Virus record (IMG/VR): IMGVR_UViG_3300012988_000016
Span: 186,001-250,000 of that record
DNA length: 64,000 bases
Strand: one strand, 5' to 3'
The notes beneath the pieces were generated by a model that did not search any database, was not told where the DNA came from, and worked only from the letters and a program-made list of their open reading frames with translations. Below are positions 18,405 to 26,129 of the stretch, piece after piece. The stretch's first letter is position 1, and the number at the start of each line of letters is the position of its first letter. The translations under genes and the position numbers were made by a program.

Positions 18405-19397
18405 TCAGAACCGCATATCCAGGCCCGCCAATCGGGCCTGTTCCAAAACGCCTTGTTGCTCAGTCGACTCAAGGCGTTTTTGGATCTCGGCTGCCGATTG
18501 GGGGTTGATCTCAATCCCCAAATAGTCCCGTCCCAGCCGCTGTGCCTCCTGAAGAGTCGTCCCACTGCCGGCGAACGGATCCAGAACCAGACAAGGGTCG
18601 ATCTGATCCGTCTCACACTTGCAAGTCATTTGCCAACCCTTGGTCAGATATTCGGGGGGTTGGATGGACGGCATGCTGTATCCCTTGAAGGCGCCGGTCC
18701 CCACACTGCCGTAGCGGGTCGGGTGCCCTTCCCGCTCCGCCACTTCTGACAGGCGTTCCAACTGACGCTCCAGCGGGGCCCCACAGAGGCCACAGCAGCC
18801 TTTCTCGCTGGTGGAGAGGCGGATGCACCGGTTCGGTAGAGCGGTCGGGAATACGGCAACGTGGGCGCCTCCATAGCGTTCAGTCGGTATGTTCCAGCAG
18901 TTCCGCAGATTGGCGTTTGAGTCTTCTCTGACCGCCTCAGAGTCGTAATAGTAGTGCTTTTGCTTGGTCAGCAGGAACAACGGTTCGAATGCTCTGGAGG
19001 GGCGGTCATGCACGTTCTCCGGCATACCGTTTCCCTTGTTCCAGATGATTTCCGACCGAAGGAAGAACCCTATTTGGCGCAACCGGAGGACGAGCCGCCA
19101 GGGTATTCCCAACAGCTCCTTGTTTAGGTAGGTATCGTCGATGTTGAGCCAGAACGAACCGTCGTCCCTCAGGACTCGGTACACTTGTTGGCATATTTCG
19201 ACCATGTGATCCAGATACTGCTCTGAGGTCTTCTCATGGCCCAGCTGACCCTGCCAACCGTCCGGCCATTCAGCTGATGTGGGACCGTAGTCTCTTAGGG
19301 CATAATAGGGCGGGCTGGTGATGCAACAGTGGACGTGTTGATCGGGGAGCTGGTGTAGTTGGTCGAGTGCGGCGCCTAGGAGGATCTGATTTCTCAC
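18405..19397 (-). CDS. Site-specific DNA methyltransferase (N4-C/N6-A, beta class)
   Basis: CCITSPPYY catalytic motif precedes VLDPFAGSGTT (SAM-binding); start moved to GTG 19397, 10 nt after GGTGTA. Confidence 0.9.
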   Translation of the reverse strand: MRNQILLGAALDQLHQLPDQHVHCCITSPPYYALRDYGPTSAEWPDGWQGQLGHEKTSEQYLDHMVEICQQVYRVLRDDGSFWLNIDDTYLNKELLGIPWRLVLRLRQIGFFLRSEIIWNKGNGMPENVHDRPSRAFEPLFLLTKQKHYYYDSEAVREDSNANLRNCWNIPTERYGGAHVAVFPTALPNRCIRLSTSEKGCCGLCGAPLERQLERLSEVAEREGHPTRYGSVGTGAFKGYSMPSIQPPEYLTKGWQMTCKCETDQIDPCLVLDPFAGSGTTLQEAQRLGRDYLGIEINPQSAAEIQKRLESTEQQGVLEQARLAGLDMRF

Positions 19398-19443
19398 TGG
19401 TGGAGGATACACCAAAAATTCTTTTGCAAACTCTCAGATGGTC

Positions 19444-19449
19444 GGTGTA
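19444..19449 (+). promoter_or_regulatory. GGTGTA motif upstream of tracrRNA (putative promoter)
   Basis: Same motif as upstream of more than 30 genes; 12 nt before the anti-repeat; TTGCAA at 19424-19429. Confidence 0.55.
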
Positions 19450-19458
19450 TAGGAACAT

Positions 19459-19560
19459 CACGATCTAAAGGGGTCGCTAACCAGGTCCCCAGCTACCACC
19501 AAATATGCAAAGCTGGGCAAAGGGCCCCTAGGACCAACATCCTAGGGGCCTTTATTTTTC
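19459..19560 (+). ncRNA. tracrRNA
   Basis: 19462-19481 GATCTAAAGGGGTCGCTAAC pairs with repeat nt 1-19 (one U bulge, one G-U, one U-U mismatch); followed by CCCAGCT/AGCTGGG stem and GGCCCCTAGG/CCTAGGGGCC hairpin with T-rich tail; ends approximate. Confidence 0.85.
19521..19560 (+). terminator. Intrinsic terminator-like hairpin at tracrRNA 3' end
   Basis: AGGGCCCCTAGG-ACCAACAT-CCTAGGGGCCTT followed by TATTTTTC. Confidence 0.7.
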
Positions 19561-19572
19561 CAGGACATAGAC

Positions 19573-22500
19573 ATGACACTTACATTGGGTCTAGATATCG
19601 GTACCAACTCGATTGGGCACGCACTTGTTGAGACGGATGAACAGGGGAACGTCATCTCCCTGAAACACATTGGAGTCCGAATCTTCAGTGACAGTCGAAC
19701 CGATAAAGAGAAGAAGCCTCTCAACGAGGCCAGGCGAACGGCTAGACAAGCGAGACGACAACGCGAACGCAAGAAGTCGAGGATGAAAGCCGTCTTGCGA
19801 GTATTGCGAGAACACGGGCTAGACCCTCAAGATTCCCTTCTGGAGAGCCCTTACGCAGCCAGGGCCGCCGCCCTCACAGGGCCGCTCAGCAGGTCTCAGG
19901 TAGGGAGGGCTATCTGGCATATTGCCAAACACAGAGGCCCTCGACTGGTGCGAAAAGATGACAAGGAGCAAGGTGTCATCAAAGAAGGCATCCGCAGTCT
20001 CGAAACCGAGATGCTGGCACAGAAGGCTCGGACCTATGGTGAACTTCTTGAAAGAATCCGGCTGAATGGTGGGTCTGTACGTCTCCGAGCTAACAGTGAG
20101 GGCTCATACAATCGTTACCCGTCCAGACAGGTGATGGAGGCTGAGTTCAACCATCTGTGGGAATCTCAAGTACCGCACCATCCAGAGGTTATGACCGAGG
20201 CTCTTAGAGAGCGCCTCATAACGGCCATCTTCTATCAGCGTCCTTTGAAGCCAGTCTATCCAGGGCGATGTACGCTGGAACCAGATGAATATCGGATGCC
20301 AAAGGCGATGCCAATGGCCCATGAGTTCAGGATCCGATCGGAGGTGGCCAATCTGACCCTCAAACAGGGAGATGAGGTCCGAACCCTAACGGCCAATGAG
20401 CGTCAAATCGTAGTTGATGGTTTGTTGAACTCAGAGAAGCTGACCTTTACCGCTATCGCCAAACTGCTGGGATTTCGTGCCGGCGTGAAGTTCAATCTCG
20501 AAGGAGATGACGGTGATGGGGGCAAGGCCAGGAATTACTTGATCGGAGATCTGACTTCCAGCAAGATTCGTAGTGTGTGGCCCAATTTCTCTAAAATGCC
20601 GGAGAACATGAGACTTAGCTTGATCCTAGCATTGCTTGACATTGACGATGAGCTAGAACTCAAATGTAAGCTTCGATCCGATTTTGGGATTTCACCAGAG
20701 GTGGTGGATCAGTTGTCTAGTTTGATGCTGCCAGCCGGATACATCAATCTCAGCCAAAAAGCTGTGAGGGCCGTCTTGCCTTATCTTCAACAAGGTATGG
20801 GCTACGCACAAGCCTGTGCAGCTGCTGGATACCATCATTCCGATCATCGTCCAGAGGAATTGACCCCAATCCTACCCTTCTACAACGAACTCCCAGGAAT
20901 GAAGCGTTATCTGGGGCAGGAACAAAAGGGTAAACCTGGAAGGATCTCTAATCCAACAGTCCATGTGGCTTTGAATCAGGTTCGCAAGGTTTACAATACG
21001 TTGGTTGAGGTCTTTGGGGTGCCTGATTGTGTCAATATCGAGGTCACTCGTGAATTGAAACAGACGGCCAAGCAGAAGATCGCGGCCAATAAGCAGAATG
21101 CGGCCAACAAGAAGGTTCGTGACGCCTTCAAAGAGAAGTTCCCCGAGCGTGCCAACTCCGACCAAGACCTGGTACGTTGGAGGTTGTGGAATGAACTTCC
21201 AGAGGAGCGCAAGGTCTGTGTCTACTCTGGAAAAGAGATTACTCTTAACGACCTTTTCTCACCTAGGGTTGAAATTGACCACATTATCCCCCACTCGATC
21301 TCTTTCGACAACAGCCCGTCTAATCTGGTGCTTTGTGCTCAAGGGGCTAACCGTCTGAAGACCAATAAGACTCCTCATGAAGCCTTCGCCCCTGGCCTAC
21401 ACAAGGAGTTCAACTGGTCAGCCATTGAGCAACGAGTGTTTGAACTGGCAGCTGACAAATGCGGCACCTGGGCTAAAAAGAAGCTTCGCTTCAAGCCAGA
21501 TTATCTAGATGTAGGAGGGGATTTCGCCACCAGGCAATTGAACGACACGGCTTACTTGTCAAAAGTTGTCCGTATCTACCTAGGACACTCCTGTCCAAAG
21601 GTGTTAGCCGTACGGGGTGCCGTTACGGCCATCTGCCGCAAAGAATGGGGCCTCGACCGATTGTTACGAGACACAGTTTCCGATCATGCCGATCTGTTCT
21701 GCCTATCCTCGGTCAAGAGCACGGGGGTGTTTATGGCCCCTCATCATGTGACAGGAGGGTCGCACGACATTCGGGAAGATTGCTCGGTCAATAAGCTGCT
21801 CAAATTTGGAGCTGAAGTAGTACGTGTAGATCCTATCGGGAGGTTCCAAACGCCAGGTGAGATTCGCAGGATCGAGCCAAGAGGTCCAAAGGTTAACTTC
21901 CAAAATCTTAGAACCACAACTAGGAAGCCGTTGACTAGCCTTACGGCGAACAGTATCTCACAGATCAAAGATGATGGGTTGAGAACCAAAATCACAGCCC
22001 ATATCAAAGAGGTCAATCCCAAGCTCCTTACCGACACTCTGAATCGAGAGGCTAAGGTAGAATTGTCCAGGCTGTTGGGAGAGTTTGGCCAGAAGCACTC
22101 CGTTGGAAGGGTCCGGATTGTCGCCAACAAATCTGGAGTCATCGTTCGACACGGAGCCGCTAACCAACACACAAAGGTGTTGATAGCAGATACGAATCAT
22201 CATGGAGATGTGGTGGTAAGAGACGGTAAAGTGAAGATGCTCCTGACCACGTATGCAGAACTCAACCATCCACCAGAAGTGGAAGCTGGATGGACGCTAA
22301 AGATGCGACTGCACAAGGGCGACATGATTCGTGTGCCAGGATACGTCTACAACAAATACCCAAAGAAGCCGAATTATGGGAAGGACAGATCTGACCACCG
22401 GCATCATGCGGTGGATGCTTTCGTGATAGCTTGCATCACACCAAGTCTGTTGCGCAAGATCAGTCGTTCCATCGCCTTGTCCAAGTACAACCAGTTGCAC

Positions 22501-22635
22501 GAGTTCCCAGAGCCGTACGAGAGGTTCAAGCAAGAACTGAAGACACATTTGAGGAAACTCGTTGTGTCCAATAAATTGGACCATAGCATCAGCGCCCCCA
22601 TTTTCACCGAAACGAACTACGGCTTCACAGCCTGA
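19573..22635 (+). CDS. cas9: Type II-C Cas9, 1020 aa, with rearranged C-terminal domain order
   Basis: RuvC-I LGLDIGTNSIG (D8), Arg-rich bridge helix, REC, RuvC-II NIEVTRE (E490), HNH EIDHIIP...N (H570), RQLNDTAY, RuvC-III DHRHHAVDA (H945/D948); flanked by tracrRNA and array. Confidence 0.97.
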   Translation: MTLTLGLDIGTNSIGHALVETDEQGNVISLKHIGVRIFSDSRTDKEKKPLNEARRTARQARRQRERKKSRMKAVLRVLREHGLDPQDSLLESPYAARAAALTGPLSRSQVGRAIWHIAKHRGPRLVRKDDKEQGVIKEGIRSLETEMLAQKARTYGELLERIRLNGGSVRLRANSEGSYNRYPSRQVMEAEFNHLWESQVPHHPEVMTEALRERLITAIFYQRPLKPVYPGRCTLEPDEYRMPKAMPMAHEFRIRSEVANLTLKQGDEVRTLTANERQIVVDGLLNSEKLTFTAIAKLLGFRAGVKFNLEGDDGDGGKARNYLIGDLTSSKIRSVWPNFSKMPENMRLSLILALLDIDDELELKCKLRSDFGISPEVVDQLSSLMLPAGYINLSQKAVRAVLPYLQQGMGYAQACAAAGYHHSDHRPEELTPILPFYNELPGMKRYLGQEQKGKPGRISNPTVHVALNQVRKVYNTLVEVFGVPDCVNIEVTRELKQTAKQKIAANKQNAANKKVRDAFKEKFPERANSDQDLVRWRLWNELPEERKVCVYSGKEITLNDLFSPRVEIDHIIPHSISFDNSPSNLVLCAQGANRLKTNKTPHEAFAPGLHKEFNWSAIEQRVFELAADKCGTWAKKKLRFKPDYLDVGGDFATRQLNDTAYLSKVVRIYLGHSCPKVLAVRGAVTAICRKEWGLDRLLRDTVSDHADLFCLSSVKSTGVFMAPHHVTGGSHDIREDCSVNKLLKFGAEVVRVDPIGRFQTPGEIRRIEPRGPKVNFQNLRTTTRKPLTSLTANSISQIKDDGLRTKITAHIKEVNPKLLTDTLNREAKVELSRLLGEFGQKHSVGRVRIVANKSGVIVRHGAANQHTKVLIADTNHHGDVVVRDGKVKMLLTTYAELNHPPEVEAGWTLKMRLHKGDMIRVPGYVYNKYPKKPNYGKDRSDHRHHAVDAFVIACITPSLLRKISRSIALSKYNQLHEFPEPYERFKQELKTHLRKLVVSNKLDHSISAPIFTETNYGFTA

Positions 22636-22700
22636 TTTGCGAGAGCCTCTATCGAGAGAGGCCTCATCTGCTCTTTGACAACCGAACCGCTCGCAAACCG

Positions 22701-22735
22701 TCGTGCAAGTACTCAATATTAATGTGCTTGCACGA
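22701..22735. repeat. Inverted repeat in CRISPR leader
   Basis: TCGTGCAAGTAC-N11-GTGCTTGCACGA, ending 5 nt before repeat 1. Confidence 0.75.
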
Positions 22736-22740
22736 ATAGG

Positions 22741-23717
22741 GTTGTGACCCCTTTTGATCTCTCGATCCATTCTCCCGTCTTGGCCATCCCCAATCTCACC
22801 GCCGGATCCGCGTTGTGACCCCTTTTGATCTCTCGATCCATTCTCCCACCCAGGCAACCAGTTTGTCCGCGCACCCCTAGAATGTTGTGACCCCTTTTGA
22901 TCTCTCGATCCATTCTCCCAGTCAGGCCAATGTCTCATACTACCTAAAGAGAGCTGTTGTGACCCCTTTTGATCTCTCGATCCATTCTCCCGGTGAAAGG
23001 ATGATGTCAGAATGACTTGGTCAATGTGTTGTGACCCCTTTTGATCTCTCGATCCATTCTCCCAGCCAACAGCTTCGCTGCACAGATGCAGTTTGATGCG
23101 TTGTGACCCCTTTTGATCTCTCGATCCATTCTCCCCGAGCCAACTGACGTCAGCGAACCACGCCCCCTGGTAGTTGTGACCCCTTTTGATCTCTCGATCC
23201 ATTCTCCCTCGACGCCCGAGATCGTCACCAAGTACACGCACACGTTGTGACCCCTTTTGATCTCTCGATCCATTCTCCCTACGTGCCGAGACGCTGTTCG
23301 ACTGTTACAAGGAGGTTGTGACCCCTTTTGATCTTCCCGATCCATTCTCACTACGCTGCTCAAGTAAGAAGGCGTTTCCGATCTGTTATGACCCCCTTTA
23401 TCTTCTAACCCATTCCACCACCCCTCTTGGTGCTGGTGTCTCCGCGTGAAGTTGTGACCCCTTATCGTCTTGTCCTTTCACACCAACTCGTCGCCAACAC
23501 GAAGTTGTGACCCCCTTCTGATCTTCTGATCCTTTCTCACAACAAGAGAACCGTTACTCAACACGGAACATAAGGTTGTGACCCCTTTTAGATCCCTTCG
23601 AGACATTCTCCTCTATCGTAAACACCTCGGCGTTGTAACCCCTTTTGATCGTCTGATCCTTTCTCACGTTGTGAGATCAACTACAACGAGCTCGCCAAGT
23701 GTTGTGACCCCTTTTGA
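22741..23717 (+). CRISPR. CRISPR array: 36-nt repeat GTTGTGACCCCTTTTGATCTCTCGATCCATTCTCCC, 8 identical plus 7 degenerate copies
   Basis: Identical repeats start at 22741, 22812, 22884, 22956, 23028, 23100, 23173 and 23244; degenerate ones at 23315, 23385, 23451, 23504, 23575, 23632 and 23701; first 8 spacers 35-37 nt; orientation taken from tracr pairing and trailer decay. Confidence 0.97.
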
Positions 23718-23803
23718 GTACGTCGAGTGACCTGAAACGTCAACGATACGAAGGCCGAGCTCCTCAGGGGGTTCGGCCTTTGCCGTTTGGTGTATCGATC
23801 CCC

Positions 23804-24421
23804 ATGCCTCCGCCCGACCCTCCTGCTTCAAGCCTACAGATAGACCTGAATGGCCTGATCACACCCTTCGGCGGGGGGCTGACCGGTCTCCCGCCTGGAG
23901 AGTTGTGGAACCTGTCGGGCGTCGGTAGTTTGGTCTATTCGGGGGAGTTCACCCAGCAGGTGTTCGATAGAATGATCGCCAGATGTGTTGGTGGGGTCAG
24001 GCCTGCCTTTGCGATCATGAATCGAACCGCCTACAACGAGTGTGTGATGAATGGCGGGTGTCAGAACACCATCACTCCGATGCCCTCAATCGAAGGCACC
24101 CACACTACTTCAGTCAGCTACGCGGGGATCCGTCTCTATGTCAACAATGAGACGTCCAATGTATCGATATTGCTGAGCAGTGACTTTGTTCAGCTGAGTA
24201 TCGCCCAAAGGATCGACCCGCCCTTCACCTCTGTCCCGATCACTGGATTCACCCGTTTACAATTGGAGTGGATGATACCATCCGGGGCTAGAGACGGCTT
24301 CGATGATAGTGTAGCGTTCCTCCATTCTCCTCAGGATTTCACCAAAATCATGTCTGAGCCGGTCCGACAGAGCAGGCTACAGATCCTGCGTGACGGTGAT
24401 GGGTTGAAAGCACAGGAATGA
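23804..24421 (+). CDS. Hypothetical protein with shared C-terminal motif
   Basis: Start moved to ATG 23804 (9 nt after GGTGTA 23789-23794); ends VRQSRLQILRDGDGLKAQE. Confidence 0.7.
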   Translation: MPPPDPPASSLQIDLNGLITPFGGGLTGLPPGELWNLSGVGSLVYSGEFTQQVFDRMIARCVGGVRPAFAIMNRTAYNECVMNGGCQNTITPMPSIEGTHTTSVSYAGIRLYVNNETSNVSILLSSDFVQLSIAQRIDPPFTSVPITGFTRLQLEWMIPSGARDGFDDSVAFLHSPQDFTKIMSEPVRQSRLQILRDGDGLKAQE

Positions 24422-24424
24422 CGT

Positions 24425-24955
24425 ATGCCCCCTTCTAGACCCACCATATCTCTAGCGGCAGATCGAGACGGCAACCTACTGATCACATCTATCAAGTACT
24501 TGAGAGAAGAACATCTGTGGCATTTGGGCGGCTTCACCCGACAAGTGTTGGAACAGCTGATCGATCGTAGCATCGATATCCCAGCATTTGTTTGGATCAC
24601 TCCAGAAGCATACAACGAATTAGCCAGTGATTCGGGGACGAATCCAAGCACTTACCGAGGTATGCCTATCCATGTCAACAGTGCGATAGATGAAGACAAC
24701 GTTACCGCCGTGTTGATGTCGACAGCCTACTGTCCGTTGGCTGTCGCCCACAGAAGAGATCCCCCACCTATTAGGCAATTCAATTTTCTCAGATCCAGTC
24801 TAGAGTTGGGGAGACCGCCATCGGTTCAAGAGGATTTGTTGAACCTACAAGCAGAAGCGACGCACTCGGAAGCGGTTGTCAAGCAAGCATTTGCTGAAGT
24901 GGTGCGTCAGAGCCGTCTACAGATCTTGCGTGATGGGGACGGTCTGGATGGCTAA
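24425..24955 (+). CDS. Hypothetical protein with shared C-terminal motif
   Basis: Ends VRQSRLQILRDGDGLDG. Confidence 0.7.
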   Translation: MPPSRPTISLAADRDGNLLITSIKYLREEHLWHLGGFTRQVLEQLIDRSIDIPAFVWITPEAYNELASDSGTNPSTYRGMPIHVNSAIDEDNVTAVLMSTAYCPLAVAHRRDPPPIRQFNFLRSSLELGRPPSVQEDLLNLQAEATHSEAVVKQAFAEVVRQSRLQILRDGDGLDG

Positions 24956-25595
24956 GCCCCACAAGCATTTCCGCCAACATCCAAAGCGTCTGGTGGGCAC
25001 GTTCTGGGTCAATGAGCGAGTACTAAAGGTCATCAAGATTTCCAAGCAGCGGGCTTGGTGTGTGGTGGTGCCTGGGCTGGAGATCATGCGGATAGATATC
25101 CAGGATCTGTTGCTCCAGTCGACCTACGTGGGACGAGAGATCCCCGATCGCAGTCGGAACAAGTATGTGGTGGCAAAGAATGGGGGATCCATTTCCGAAA
25201 TCTTGGGGATTACCGGTAATGAAGTTACTTTATCGGTTGTGCGTGGAGACTTATCTCAATTGAGCCCGCAGAACCTATGGGAGGGTTACCACATCTACCC
25301 TGTAGTAGGCTTCTTCGATGAATTCCGACATCCCACCGAAGCCGAGATACAAGATGGAGAAACTGTTTACCAACGATGGATGTTGTGGATACGAGCTGGT
25401 ATTCTAGAGCATGAGACGGAAATCAGAGAATTCTGTGACACCAGCTGGACAGCTCCTGAGGAACCCCCTGATGATAAGCCGGAACGAGCCCCAATCGTCG
25501 AAGTCCCAATTTCCCCCATTAGCCGTCAAAGCAGCTATCAGATCCTTCAGCAAGGGGACGGCCTAGACCCTACCAAGAAAGCCTCCGATGACTAA
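24948..25595 (+). CDS. Hypothetical protein, member of local paralog family
   Basis: PKRLVGTFWV N-terminus resembles the 32448 gene; ends SRQSSYQILQQGDGLD. Confidence 0.65.
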   Translation: MAKPHKHFRQHPKRLVGTFWVNERVLKVIKISKQRAWCVVVPGLEIMRIDIQDLLLQSTYVGREIPDRSRNKYVVAKNGGSISEILGITGNEVTLSVVRGDLSQLSPQNLWEGYHIYPVVGFFDEFRHPTEAEIQDGETVYQRWMLWIRAGILEHETEIREFCDTSWTAPEEPPDDKPERAPIVEVPISPISRQSSYQILQQGDGLDPTKKASDD

Positions 25596-26106
25596 GACCG
25601 GAATAGCCGCGCTAGATGATATGTTGCCCGATGGGATCCCTACCGGTATCACGACCGTGACAGGTGGTGGATGCAGAAGGTTCGCACAATATCTGCATGA
25701 CAGCGATCTTGCAGTTGAGAAAATCTGGAAGGACTACACGGATCTAGACTTCAAAAGTGCGGCACAGGATCTTAAGAGTTCGATTCAGCACGACTTCGAT
25801 GGGATGTTGTTCTGTAACGGATTGGTTGGAACCATTGCCGAATGGGTGAGCCTGCTCCCATCCTTGATAGTCAGGTCTAAGCACGGTTCTATTCTGATTG
25901 CAACAGAACGAACCTACAGGGCCAGCACCTATTATGCCAATCTATGGTTGAAAGTGGATTCTGGTGACGACAACACCTCTCTGATCACCATCAGAAAAAA
26001 CAGGAGCAGTGGGGTAAATGGTGAACAAGCTACTATGACCTATAGGAAACGTCTCGTTATCGAAAGAGTGTCGGCATGGTCCCGCTTTGATGAGATGACG
26101 ATCTAA
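25588..26106 (+). CDS. Degenerate RecA/KaiC/DnaB-like ATPase-fold protein
   Basis: TGIAALDDMLPDGIPTG opening and ITIRKNRSSG..GE ending, but the Walker A position reads GGGCRR. Confidence 0.5.
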   Translation: MTKTGIAALDDMLPDGIPTGITTVTGGGCRRFAQYLHDSDLAVEKIWKDYTDLDFKSAAQDLKSSIQHDFDGMLFCNGLVGTIAEWVSLLPSLIVRSKHGSILIATERTYRASTYYANLWLKVDSGDDNTSLITIRKNRSSGVNGEQATMTYRKRLVIERVSAWSRFDEMTI

Positions 26107-26129
26107 CCTATTTGTGACTCTGCAGAGTC

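Noticed and set aside
19573-22635. Cas9 as a truncated pseudogene lacking a PAM-interacting domain, or as an IscB-like protein
   Set aside because: All catalytic motifs are intact, a full REC lobe is present, and PI- and WED-like segments are found upstream of the terminal RuvC segment.
22297-23363. ORFs of 314 aa and 118 aa on the minus strand with repeated ENGSRDQKGSQ / RMDREIKRGHN
   Set aside because: These are translations of the CRISPR repeats and of the cas9 antisense strand, not genes.
22777-23700. Self-targeting spacers within the window
   Set aside because: No match was seen by eye. This was not an exhaustive search and needs BLASTN-short on both strands.
23714-23803. ORF-track N-terminal extension of the gene after the array
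   Set aside because: It overlaps the last degenerate repeat; ATG 23804 sits 9 nt after GGTGTA and is the more plausible start.
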